The notes under the pieces: model-generated | The model's input: the letters and a program-made list of their open reading frames with translations, nothing else | Told to the model about the DNA's origin: nothing | Database searches by the model: none | IMG/VR virus record: IMGVR_UViG_2802429251_000002 | Origin: a virus | Taxonomy: Duplodnaviria; Heunggongvirae; Uroviricota; Caudoviricetes | DNA: 16,523 nucleotides | Direction: 5' to 3' (one strand) | Program-made: the position numbers and the translations under genes | Shown here: positions 1 to 7,742 of the stretch, piece after piece | Layout of the letters: each line of letters starts with the position of its first letter | How positions within the stretch are numbered: the stretch's first letter is position 1

Positions 1-1398
1 CGCATAATTTCCGATTGCAACGTAAATATCGTAAGTATCACCAGATGTATTGACCCAGGCAAAATTTGTAAACCCTGCCGATGTGCGCTGCCATAAAGCA
101 CCAGTAATCCCCTTCGGATTATCATTACCTGCACGCAAAACAAGTTCAGATATACCTGCCTGTTGAGGTGACCCCACGTTAAATCCCGCGCCACCAATCA
201 ACGTAATTGAAACAACAGAACTCGCCTGCGGCATGGTTACCGTTGCTAATTTGAACCAACCAGCACCACCGCTGAATGACATAGTTGTTGAGTTAAGCGT
301 ACCAATATCTTTCGGCGTCAGTGTTATATCCGCTGAAAGCGCCTTACCATTCACCTTACGGGCAGAAGGTACCCGACCATTCGCATTGTCATTAGCTGCT
401 TTCACTGCTTTCGGTGTCGCGGCAAGCGTTTCAGATGTGCTGTTAGTCGCGCTGCTTAGCTGGACAATCCCTTTTTGTGCTGTCGTAGCGTCTTGAGCGG
501 TATATTTCCCGTTAGCAAGGTCATATGCTGTCTTTACCGCTTTCGGTGTTGCGGCCAGAGCTTCAGACGTGCTGTTGGTGGCGCTACTGAGCTGGACAAG
601 GCCTTTTCGCGCTGTGGTGGCATCCTGCGCAGTATATTTCCCGTTAGCAAGGTCATATGCTGCCTTTACCGCCTTTGGTGTTGCCGCCAGCGTTTCTGAA
701 TCGCTGTTGGTGGCGCTACTGAGCTGGACAAGGCCTTTCCGCGCTGTGGTGGCGTCCTGCGCAGTATATTTCCCGTTAGCAAGGTCATATGCTGCCTTTA
801 CCGCCTTTGGTGTTGCAGCCTGTGTTTCAGACACGCTGTTAGTGTCGCTACTGAGTTGAACAAAGCCTCTTGCGGTCAGTGAGGCGTCCGGGTGACGTCG
901 TGACTGTTCATGCTCTTTCAGTTTGTCATCCACGTAATCCATGGTGGCCATCACCATGGTGTTATCCACGGTAAGTGCCACAGTGGCAGTGCTGGATACG
1001 GTCAGAATGGTGCGAAATGTTTGTGCACGTCCTGACCCTTCGGCAACGGTAGGCTTGTAACTTTCGGCAGTATTGCCCACCGCGATTAAATCGCCGTGCT
1101 CATCAAACACACCAATTTCCCTGATCCAGAATCCGCCCGTTTCAGGAGGAATAACCAGCTCCGCAATAATGCGGTTCTGATGTGTTGCGTCCAGGAAGAC
1201 GCGATTAACAGTATGTCGCCACACCTCATGCACAAGACGGGTCTGCTTACTGTCTGGCGTGGGTAAAGTACCGCCGCCGTCACCCACGGCCATATGTGTC
1301 AGGCGGACAGGTTTACCATCTGGTGCGGCTGCCTGCGCTAATTTTTTTGCACCCGTATCGGTGATAACGGTTTTAAATTTTCGTGTTGTGGTACTCAT
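1..1398 (-). CDS. H: Tail fiber protein (P2 gpH-like), N-terminal ~466 codons; 3' end lies beyond window start
   Basis: Minus-strand frame is open from ATG at 1398 to the window edge; N-terminus translates MSTTTRKFKTVITDTGAKKLAQAAAPDGKPVRLTHMAVGDGGG, resembling the conserved P2 gpH N-terminus as I recall it; contains AATPKAVKAAYDLANGKYTAQDATTARKGLVQLSSATNS repeats typical of P2-like fibers; start lies 2 nt after the gpI stop. Absent from the ORF track because the stop is outside the window. Confidence 0.85.
   Translation of the reverse strand, partial: MSTTTRKFKTVITDTGAKKLAQAAAPDGKPVRLTHMAVGDGGGTLPTPDSKQTRLVHEVWRHTVNRVFLDATHQNRIIAELVIPPETGGFWIREIGVFDEHGDLIAVGNTAESYKPTVAEGSGRAQTFRTILTVSSTATVALTVDNTMVMATMDYVDDKLKEHEQSRRHPDASLTARGFVQLSSDTNSVSETQAATPKAVKAAYDLANGKYTAQDATTARKGLVQLSSATNSDSETLAATPKAVKAAYDLANGKYTAQDATTARKGLVQLSSATNSTSEALAATPKAVKTAYDLANGKYTAQDATTAQKGIVQLSSATNSTSETLAATPKAVKAANDNANGRVPSARKVNGKALSADITLTPKDIGTLNSTTMSFSGGAGWFKLATVTMPQASSVVSITLIGGAGFNVGSPQQAGISELVLRAGNDNPKGITGALWQRTSAGFTNFAWVNTSGDTYDIYVAIGNYA
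376..903. repeat. About four tandem copies of a 132-bp (44-codon) in-frame repeat inside the tail fiber gene
   Basis: The motif cccgttagcaaggtcatatgctg recurs at 508, 640 and 772 (period exactly 132 bp), with a more diverged copy near 376; on the minus strand each unit encodes ...TPKAVKAAYDLANGKYTAQDATTARKGLVQLSSATNSDSETLAA. Confidence 0.9.
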
Positions 1399-1400
1399 GC

Positions 1401-1931
1401 TTAATCGCCTGGATAAATGGTAATAACTTCACCGTCATAAGTTGCCGCCGCTGCGAAAATATCCCCCGGAATTTCCTGAATGATATTCAGCCCTGTCATG
1501 TGGCGGCTGACCGGGCGGGCATCAGCAATCAACCGCTCCATTTCCAGATACATTTCCTCCGTCACGCCACTGTCCAGCGTGCCGACTTCAACGGTAAATG
1601 TTCCCGGTTCTCCGCCGAATTCCCACCACTCAGACACGCGAATGAGGTATCCCAGCGGCTCAATGGCCCGGCGCAGTGCGCTGATGGTTCCCTTGTGTCG
1701 GTGTATCAGCCATGCATCACGAATAACCTGTCGCTTTGTCTCTTCCGGCCAGTTGCGATCCCAGCGGTCAACGGAAAATGCCCAGGCGAGATAAGGCAGC
1801 AGATGCACCGGGCAGGTGTCCGGTGACCACAGCGTGTTGAGGTCTACCGGGATGTCTGTAATGCGCGCTCCGACAGCTTCGGCGCAACGCATGAAACTGC
1901 TGGCTGATGGCGGTAACAGTGAATTACTCAT
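1401..1931 (-). CDS. I: Baseplate assembly protein (P2 gpI-like)
   Basis: ORF 1401..1964; I prefer the internal start MSNSLLPP at 1931, which gives 176 aa (P2 gpI size) and a short overlap with the gpJ stop; position H-I-J-W-V matches P2. Confidence 0.8.
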   Translation of the reverse strand: MSNSLLPPSASSFMRCAEAVGARITDIPVDLNTLWSPDTCPVHLLPYLAWAFSVDRWDRNWPEETKRQVIRDAWLIHRHKGTISALRRAIEPLGYLIRVSEWWEFGGEPGTFTVEVGTLDSGVTEEMYLEMERLIADARPVSRHMTGLNIIQEIPGDIFAAAATYDGEVITIYPGD

Positions 1932-2820
1932 TACGCCCACCTTCGCTGATGGTGAATGACTCACAGCGCGCCGCCTGTATGTCGCTGATGGCCATATTCT
2001 GTGTGGGTTCGATTATCTCCACGCGTTGCACACCGTGCACATGCAGTGCGGCAGCAATGGCGGACAACGCCACGTCCTGACCGATAAGCCCCTGCTCAGC
2101 CAGCCACTTCCTGAACGACGATTCCGCCGCAGCCAGAATAGGTTCGGATTCCGGGCCGGGGTAAAAGTACAGTTTTGCATTCAGCCGCCATGTCACGATT
2201 CTGGCGCTCTGTACGGTCAGGCGGTCGGCCACCGGGCGGGTGTCCTCTGCATTCAGAACGGCGCGAACGGTATTAAGCAACGCCTCCGTTGCTGTGCCGT
2301 CGCCTTCAGTGGACAGAATGGAAACCGTCACATTTGCCGGAGACGGACTGATAGCCCGCGCATCACGCACCAGACCGCTGGCGCTGCGTGCAAAATACTC
2401 GTATGCACCTGACGGGCCAGCAACACTTAGGCCGTCGTACGCCCGCTGCGCCCGCAGTCTCAGCGAGGTGTCGCTCTCCATCACCGCGTCGGTGGTATCC
2501 GTTGCCGGAGTGATAACCAGGCGTTTTGTGTTCATATTGCCCGCGAGGTTGTCCAGGTCTGTCCCGGCGCTGTGGCTTAACATGCAGGCGCGTGCCCCCT
2601 CGTTAACCCGCTGGCGTAACAGCATTTCACGAAACGACATGGTTTGAGCGATAACGTTAAGGGGTTCCGATTCCAGCTCCAGCGCGGCGGAAACGGCTTC
2701 ACGCTGTTCGGCGGGATAAGCCGCAATCATCATGGCCTTTGTGTCAGCCAGAATTGCCTCAAAGTCAGGCTCCGCGATGATGGCGGGGTCCGGTAACTGT
2801 GAAAGGTCAACGGCGGGCAT
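1924..2820 (-). CDS. J: Baseplate assembly protein J (P2 gpJ-like)
   Basis: 298-aa ORF (P2 gpJ about 302 aa); N-terminus MPAVDLSQLPDP... and conserved stretches (RPVADRLTVQSA, LYFYPGPESEPI) resemble gpJ as I recall it; synteny. Confidence 0.85.
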   Translation of the reverse strand: MPAVDLSQLPDPAIIAEPDFEAILADTKAMMIAAYPAEQREAVSAALELESEPLNVIAQTMSFREMLLRQRVNEGARACMLSHSAGTDLDNLAGNMNTKRLVITPATDTTDAVMESDTSLRLRAQRAYDGLSVAGPSGAYEYFARSASGLVRDARAISPSPANVTVSILSTEGDGTATEALLNTVRAVLNAEDTRPVADRLTVQSARIVTWRLNAKLYFYPGPESEPILAAAESSFRKWLAEQGLIGQDVALSAIAAALHVHGVQRVEIIEPTQNMAISDIQAARCESFTISEGGRNE

Positions 2821-2823
2821 GAT

Positions 2824-3174
2824 TTACTCCCTCAGCGTGATGGTTAATTCAACATTCTGCATGGTCTGCATGACAGTGCCCGACAGCGTCACCCCGGCGC
2901 GGCCTCCCGCTTTCCAGACAACGTCGATGGCATCCAGGGCAATGCGGGGTTCCCATCGTGTCAGCGCAATCACGGCAGCACTCATGCATTGCAGACGCGT
3001 GGTGTTATTCATGGGTTCGTCAATCAAATCAGGCACAAGGCTGCCATATTCCCGTCGCATAACCCGGCTTGCCAGTGGGGTGGTCAGGATGTCCCTGACT
3101 GACTGTTTCAGGTGCTCCATATCGTTCAGGTTTCCCGTTCCGTCCGGGTTCATTCCTGTGTAGCGGGTTGTCAC
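2824..3174 (-). CDS. W: Baseplate wedge protein W (GPW/gp25 family)
   Basis: 116-aa ORF (P2 gpW 115 aa) between V and J; start overlaps the V stop (ATGA). Confidence 0.8.
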   Translation of the reverse strand: MTTRYTGMNPDGTGNLNDMEHLKQSVRDILTTPLASRVMRREYGSLVPDLIDEPMNNTTRLQCMSAAVIALTRWEPRIALDAIDVVWKAGGRAGVTLSGTVMQTMQNVELTITLRE

Positions 3175-3752
3175 TGCGGGCCTCCTGTCGAATCGCTGCC
3201 ACCTTTCACGCCACCGTGTTTATGCGTATGCACTGTGATGCCGTTTGAGGTGAAATCGCCGCCGCTGTGCGTGATATTGCCGCTCATCTTTCCCCCTTTT
3301 GTGACGTAAAGCGTCGCCGTTCTCAGAAGGTTTGTGCATTCCACGACGGGCGTGTCCAGTGTCACGCTGACGGATGCCTGTAAAGTGGCCGTTTTCATGC
3401 CGCTGGCGCTCAGTGCGCCTGCGTCCGCGTCGTAGCGGAACACCGCGCCGTCCGGCGCGCTGATCACGATTTCTTTCAGGCTTTTGCCGGGGGCCGGATT
3501 GGCATCACTCCACAGGCTGCCAATTATCATGGCGGTTTCCGGGTTGCCGCCAATGCAGGCAATTACCACCTGTTCGCCTGGTGATGGCGGCAGCCACACA
3601 TTGAAGGCTCCCGCGCGCGTGGTGTTCCAGCGCAACCAGCCTGTCTCCAGTTCGCCGCTGCGAACGCGCACGCGCCAGGACTTCTCATCAACTTCAGAGA
3701 TGATCCCGGTGCGGATGATATTGCTCAGCAGTCGCATGAGTTCTGCGCTCAC
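3171..3752 (-). CDS. V: Baseplate central spike / assembly protein V
   Basis: 193-aa ORF in the gpV position; Gly-rich C-terminus (HTHKHGGVKGGSDSTGG) typical of spike proteins; start overlaps the S stop (ATGA). Confidence 0.8.
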   Translation of the reverse strand: MSAELMRLLSNIIRTGIISEVDEKSWRVRVRSGELETGWLRWNTTRAGAFNVWLPPSPGEQVVIACIGGNPETAMIIGSLWSDANPAPGKSLKEIVISAPDGAVFRYDADAGALSASGMKTATLQASVSVTLDTPVVECTNLLRTATLYVTKGGKMSGNITHSGGDFTSNGITVHTHKHGGVKGGSDSTGGPQ

Positions 3753-4384
3753 CGTACAGCCTCCGCAATCCGGCCCAGCACCGTGTTATAAATCAGGCGT
3801 TCATCTGCCTGACTGATGCCCAACAGCTCACGTACCGGGTAATCGGTGAAAATGCCCGGCGCAACCTGATCGCGCTCACCGAACTGATGAACGCGTGCAA
3901 TACGTGCAGCCACGCCGCTGTAACCCACCGTCACACCGGAAGTATCCGCACGGGCTTTCAGGTAGCGGGCGGTGCGCAGTTTTACGAACATGGGGACGCG
4001 CTTTGTGCTGTCCTGGTTGATGCGCCGGGTGCGTATTTCCAGAAAGCGGTCGATGTCATCCCGGTAAAACGTGCGGATGTTGTTTTTATCCTCATCCCAC
4101 CCGGTGATGGTTCGCCCGTATTTCCCCGTGTCGTGATGCCAGTTTTTCAGCGTGCGTGCTTCGTTATTCCAGATAAAGCGAATGCGTTCCTGTATCCGGG
4201 TTACGCGGCGTCTGCGTGGTGTCCATGCGGTCCCGTCCGGCGCTTTCTGTGACCGGATACGTGCCTGCTGGGCGCGACGTAAATCCTGTGCCAGCTTTCT
4301 GGCGATGTTATTGATGGCCTGCTGATTCAGGCTGTCGCGGATGGCCTCAAAGGTTTCATCCACGCGGGTGAATGCCTTATCCAT
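3749..4384 (-). CDS. S: Tail completion / virion morphogenesis protein S-like
   Basis: ORF 3749..4393 begins with GTG; I prefer the ATG at 4384 (MDKAFTRVDE...), giving 211 aa. Position between R and V matches P2 gpS, though it is longer than P2 gpS (about 150 aa), so the N-terminal boundary is uncertain. Confidence 0.7.
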   Translation of the reverse strand: MDKAFTRVDETFEAIRDSLNQQAINNIARKLAQDLRRAQQARIRSQKAPDGTAWTPRRRRVTRIQERIRFIWNNEARTLKNWHHDTGKYGRTITGWDEDKNNIRTFYRDDIDRFLEIRTRRINQDSTKRVPMFVKLRTARYLKARADTSGVTVGYSGVAARIARVHQFGERDQVAPGIFTDYPVRELLGISQADERLIYNTVLGRIAEAVR

Positions 4385-4844
4385 CGCTTTCACCCCACGT
4401 CACATCCTGGAATACATGCGACCAGTCGCCTTCGGAAGATGGCAGGCGGGGTTTTGGCTCCGGCAGGTGTTCTGCCTGCGGTGTGCCCTGACTGCTGCGC
4501 GTGATGCGAACGCGTTCCCGCAAGGGGAGCGTAAACAGGAGATCGGCGCTGTCATCGTCATTGATAACGGCGGAGAATTTGATGTCCTGATTACGCTCAG
4601 GGTTGAGCAACAACTGTGGCTGATTTTGGGATAACCACGCCAGCAGCGGCAGCGTGAGGTCATCCAGCTCCCCGGCGTAATCCATGACAAACATCACCAT
4701 CTGATAGCGGTAAACAAACGATGGGGTTTCTCCGGTCGTTTCAATGTTGCCGCTCTCCACGAAAATGGTGAATTTTTCCGGGTTGGCCTGACACCATCGG
4801 CATGAACGGGTCATGGCTTCACGCAGGGAATCAGTTTTCAGCAT
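4377..4844 (-). CDS. R: Tail completion protein R-like
   Basis: 155-aa ORF, the same size as P2 gpR; GAGGA ribosome-binding site 8 nt upstream of ATG 4844; sits between the lysis cassette and S as in P2. Confidence 0.75.
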   Translation of the reverse strand: MLKTDSLREAMTRSCRWCQANPEKFTIFVESGNIETTGETPSFVYRYQMVMFVMDYAGELDDLTLPLLAWLSQNQPQLLLNPERNQDIKFSAVINDDDSADLLFTLPLRERVRITRSSQGTPQAEHLPEPKPRLPSSEGDWSHVFQDVTWGESDG

Positions 4845-5121
4845 GGTTGTTATCCTCGTTGTTCAGTCGTTGCAGCCTGCGCTGTTCCAGTAATTCAATG
4901 GCCCGTTTATCCGCGTTACAGGTTTCCAGTGCATCCAGAAGGCGGTCGCCCCATATACCGAGATTTCCCCATGTGGGAGTATCAGGGAAGGGGGGAGGCG
5001 TTACCGGTATGGTCAGCGTCTGCGGTATAAGCCGGACTGACGGCGCTGGCCGTAGCGCGTTCTGCGTGCCTGCGCAGCCTGTCAGTAAAACGAGCGTCAG
5101 GCAAAGCGTGGGCGCATTCAT
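4831..5121 (-). CDS. lysC: Outer-membrane lipoprotein spanin (o-spanin, LysC/Rz1-like), embedded out of frame in the i-spanin gene
   Basis: From the internal ATG at 5121: MNAPTLCLTLVLLTGCAGTQ..., a signal peptide plus lipobox (LTGC), proline-rich, 96 aa (P2 LysC is 96 aa); overlaps the 3' part of the i-spanin ORF in another frame, the classic Rz/Rz1 arrangement. Confidence 0.65.
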   Translation of the reverse strand: MNAPTLCLTLVLLTGCAGTQNALRPAPSVRLIPQTLTIPVTPPPFPDTPTWGNLGIWGDRLLDALETCNADKRAIELLEQRRLQRLNNEDNNHAEN

Positions 5122-5389
5122 CTTTTGCAATATCGTTGCGTAGCTGTTCACGTCTTACCTCTCCGTCCTGATTGCGTTGCTGATTTTCCACGCGGAGTTG
5201 CGCCAGCACCTGCTGCATATCCTGTACCCCGGCGCTGATGATATTCAGGGTGTCGGCGGTACTTTTCAGGGTGCTGGCCTGCGCTTCGTTTCTGGCGTTC
5301 TCCCGGCCCAGCGACCACGACAGACGCATGGATGTTCCCCATCCGGCAGTCAGAAGGAAAGCGACGCCAAGCGTGGGCCAGAGCTTCAT
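4982..5389 (-). CDS. lysB: Inner-membrane spanin (i-spanin, LysB/Rz-like)
   Basis: ORF 4982..5533 in the track; the likely true start is ATG 5389, overlapping the endolysin stop as ATGA, giving MKLWPTLGVAFLLTAGWG... (N-terminal transmembrane anchor) followed by a charged coiled-coil-like region; 135 aa. Confidence 0.65.
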   Translation of the reverse strand: MKLWPTLGVAFLLTAGWGTSMRLSWSLGRENARNEAQASTLKSTADTLNIISAGVQDMQQVLAQLRVENQQRNQDGEVRREQLRNDIAKDECAHALPDARFTDRLRRHAERATASAVSPAYTADADHTGNASPLP

Positions 5390-5778
5390 GCCGGATAGGC
5401 TCCGTGTGGTAACTGAAAATGCGGTCCGTCTTTCAGGGTCTTCCAGTCGCCGCCCCATTCCACCGGAATATTCAGTTCCTGGCTGGCCTGTCTGAATGCT
5501 GCTGCGATTTTTTCGTACAGCGGCCATTCCCATGACACCTGGCTGCCGATATAAGCCACAACATCCACGGCATGCCCCGTAAGGTGGCGGCTGTTCATGG
5601 TCTGGCTCTTACCCGTGGCCACCAGTTGCTTCTGGCGGTAACGGCTGCGCAACCCTTCGGTGATACCAAAATCCACTTCCGAGATTTCCAGTGCCCGTCG
5701 GGTCACTTTCACCAGATCAGGATTTACGCCCTGCAAATTCTTTTCGCTCCGGCTGCTGAATTTAAATGTGTTGCTCAT
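5386..5778 (-). CDS. Endolysin, peptidase M15 family (L-alanyl-D-glutamate endopeptidase type)
   Basis: 130-aa ORF MSNTFKFSSRSEKNLQGVNPDLVKVTRRALEIS...HLTGHAVDV... resembling small M15 endolysins such as T5 Lys (recalled, not searched); located between holin and spanins. This is not the lysozyme-type gpK of P2. Confidence 0.8.
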   Translation of the reverse strand: MSNTFKFSSRSEKNLQGVNPDLVKVTRRALEISEVDFGITEGLRSRYRQKQLVATGKSQTMNSRHLTGHAVDVVAYIGSQVSWEWPLYEKIAAAFRQASQELNIPVEWGGDWKTLKDGPHFQLPHGAYPA

Positions 5779-6098
5779 TCGTCCTTCTCCTTCACCCTGC
5801 GATTAAAGGCCGCAATAACCTTGTCGCGTGCTTTCTCTGCGCCCATAAAACCGATTGATGCGCCGATAAACGTCACGGCATCTTCAGGAAACCCGAAGAA
5901 GCGCAACGACCCGGCCACGGCCATGGCAAGAACGCCGCACGCCAGCGATCCCGTTACGGTCTGAACCAGTGTTCGTCCGTCATAAAGACTCATCAGCGCG
6001 GAAATGCTGACTGCCGCGCCTACTGCATACACCGTTGGCAGGTGGTCAAAGAGCCACGCAATAACCTGCTCTGTGATCCCTGTTTGAATGGTGCTCAC
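5775..6098 (-). CDS. Putative holin
   Basis: Open frame upstream of the endolysin with ATGA overlap; best start is GTG at 6098, preceded by GGGGGGAG 5 nt upstream; about 107 aa with three hydrophobic segments and a charged C-terminus (RRVKEKDE). The start is non-ATG, so the boundary is uncertain. Confidence 0.6.
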   Translation of the reverse strand: MSTIQTGITEQVIAWLFDHLPTVYAVGAAVSISALMSLYDGRTLVQTVTGSLACGVLAMAVAGSLRFFGFPEDAVTFIGASIGFMGAEKARDKVIAAFNRRVKEKDE

Positions 6099-6100
6099 TG

Positions 6101-6307
6101 CTACTCCCCCCACAACTGAATCATTTCTCGTTTCTTCTTCTCCGGCTCCGGCATCTCCACGTCCTGCCCGGCGTCCAGAAATACCTGCTGACAGAGTCCG
6201 GGGTTGGCATCCAGCACCTTTTCGGTGACGCCCTGCGTCGTGCCGTAGTACCGGAAACAGAGCGAATCCACGGTGTCGCCTTCCAGTGCCTTCACTTTCA
6301 TCAGCAC
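6101..6307 (-). CDS. X: Tail protein X-like
   Basis: 68-aa ORF (P2 gpX 67 aa) in the X position between L and the holin. Confidence 0.7.
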   Translation of the reverse strand: MLMKVKALEGDTVDSLCFRYYGTTQGVTEKVLDANPGLCQQVFLDAGQDVEMPEPEKKKREMIQLWGE

Positions 6308-6795
6308 AGCTCCGCAAAAATTCGCGGGCGGCGCAGAATGTCAGAGATGGCCCAGCTCACATCGCGCCACAAATCCGATGTCTGTATATCCAGTGCGTCC
6401 GCCCGGCGGTCGCCCTTATCCGTTGTGTCCGCATCGCGGTAACGCTCCAGAATCAGGGCGCGTGTGGCGGTATAAACGGCATTGCGCCAGTGCCAGAGAT
6501 TGACGCTTTCTCCGTTAATTACGGGTGCCGGAACATCGGCCAGCGTCTGATGGCCAGCCGCCTGCTGTTCCTTCTGCCACGCTTCCAGCTCGCGGGTAAC
6601 GTGTGCCACGGCCCCGGTGGCGGTATGCAGCAGGCGGGAGGTGGTCACACGGCCCGGCAGTCGTACCGCCAGACGCAGTTCACGCAGCACAATATCCGGC
6701 CAGAATGCACCCGCTGAAATACGGGTATCACCATCATCGGTATCGGTGATGTCGTCCTCTGCGGGTCCGGGGTTGGTTCTGGCAACCATACTCAT
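6301..6795 (-). CDS. L: Head completion / stabilisation protein L-like
   Basis: ORF 6301..6804 (GTG in track); preferred start ATG 6795 with AGGAG 8 nt upstream, giving 164 aa (P2 gpL 169 aa); position between M and X. Confidence 0.75.
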   Translation of the reverse strand: MSMVARTNPGPAEDDITDTDDGDTRISAGAFWPDIVLRELRLAVRLPGRVTTSRLLHTATGAVAHVTRELEAWQKEQQAAGHQTLADVPAPVINGESVNLWHWRNAVYTATRALILERYRDADTTDKGDRRADALDIQTSDLWRDVSWAISDILRRPRIFAELC

Positions 6796-6816
6796 GGGGT
6801 TCACTCCTGAAAAAAT

Positions 6817-6880
6817 CGGGCGGTGGGTGCGCGGTGTAAACGGTCACGGAGTCAAACCGGAACACCGCGCACGCCGCCCG
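6817..6880 (-). other. Long imperfect stem-loop between M and L
   Basis: Arms 6817-6837 (cgggcggtgggtgcgcggtgt) and 6862-6880 (acaccgcgcacgccgcccg) can pair over about 17 bp with one bulge; 24-nt loop; lies in the 92-bp M-L intergenic region. Confidence 0.4.
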
Positions 6881-6896
6881 CTGACGGGGTCAGTCG

Positions 6897-7697
6897 TTAA
6901 CCGCGCTTCGCCTTCTGCGTCGCGGTGGTTTTTCGTGTTGCAGGCTTCCGCGTTGTCTTTTTACTTTTGCTGCTTTCGTCCTGCGCCTGCGGTGTGCTGG
7001 CGTCTTCTGGTGCGGCTGCGGAATCGGCTTTTTTCAGGGCGCGGGAAAGGGTTGCAATCTCGCGTTTCACACCTGCGTTCGGGTTCAGGTGCATTGCTTC
7101 GCGCAGCAGCTTCAGTGACAGGGCCATGCTGTCCGCATCACTCAGGCCACGGCGGACAAAGGCGCACGCTTTGCATAATTTGGCGCGCACTTCGTCCGGC
7201 ATATCCTGGTTGGCGACAATTTCCCAAAGTGTGTCCAGTGGTTCGATAAAGGCGGACAAATCCGCGTCGGCATCCGTCCCGGCCTGCGTCAGTACCGGAT
7301 TACAGATTTCTTCGGTCAGTACCGTGGCAGCAGTACGGCCAAAGTTATCCGGCATGATGAGGTTGTGACGGACCACATACGCGCCGATACGCAGCGCAAG
7401 CGGAAGATCGCCACAGTCAATCGCCCACACCATCAGCGTGGCAATCACTTCATCCTGCTGCCCGCCGTCAGCCTCCAGCGTTCCCTCAATCCAGCCGGAA
7501 AAATCCGGCAACAACTCTTTTTTGATGGCGGCTTTCGCGCTTCTGGCCTGTACGCCCTTAAGCCGGGCCTGTGCCAGACGCAGACGATACAGCACCTCTT
7601 CATGCGCGGTACGCGCGGCGTGGTCCACGCCTTCATTCGCCCGGCCTGCGCGCTGTGCCATCACGTTCTGCCAGTGTTGCTGTGCAGGAGTAATCAT
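6897..7697 (-). CDS. M: Terminase endonuclease (small) subunit M-like
   Basis: 266-aa ORF (P2 gpM 247 aa) immediately downstream of the capsid gene; GGAGAG ribosome-binding site before ATG 7697; basic Ala/Lys-rich C-terminus. Confidence 0.8.
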   Translation of the reverse strand: MITPAQQHWQNVMAQRAGRANEGVDHAARTAHEEVLYRLRLAQARLKGVQARSAKAAIKKELLPDFSGWIEGTLEADGGQQDEVIATLMVWAIDCGDLPLALRIGAYVVRHNLIMPDNFGRTAATVLTEEICNPVLTQAGTDADADLSAFIEPLDTLWEIVANQDMPDEVRAKLCKACAFVRRGLSDADSMALSLKLLREAMHLNPNAGVKREIATLSRALKKADSAAAPEDASTPQAQDESSKSKKTTRKPATRKTTATQKAKRG

Positions 7698-7714
7698 TTG
7701 TTCTCTCCGTTACT

Positions 7715-7733
7715 GGCGGGCATGATGCCCGCC
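7715..7733 (-). other. GC-rich hairpin between capsid gene N and terminase gene M
   Basis: Near-perfect palindrome GGCGGGCAtgaTGCCCGCC (8-bp stem) between the N stop (7743) and the M ribosome-binding site/start (7697); no U-tract. Confidence 0.4.
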
Positions 7734-7742
7734 GTGAGTTGA

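Noticed and set aside
475-859. Plus-strand ORFs 475..699 and 569..859 with internally repeated peptides
   Set aside because: These mirror the 132-bp tandem repeats of the minus-strand tail fiber gene; the minus frame gives the recognisable P2 H-like repeat, so the plus-strand ORFs are artefacts.
376-903. Possible CRISPR array suggested by regular direct repeats
   Set aside because: The repeat unit is 132 bp with no unique spacers, it is in frame within a protein-coding gene and it encodes a known fiber repeat; it is not CRISPR-like.
4982-5533. Full 183-aa version of the i-spanin ORF
   Set aside because: The upstream 48 codons would overlap the endolysin coding region extensively. The internal ATG at 5389 forms an ATGA stop/start junction with the endolysin and begins directly at the transmembrane anchor, so the shorter form is preferred.
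6617-7368. Plus-strand ORFs 6617..7249 (210 aa) and 6925..7368 (147 aa)
   Set aside because: Antisense to the terminase small-subunit gene M and the M-L spacer; low-complexity translation and inconsistent with the late operon organisation.
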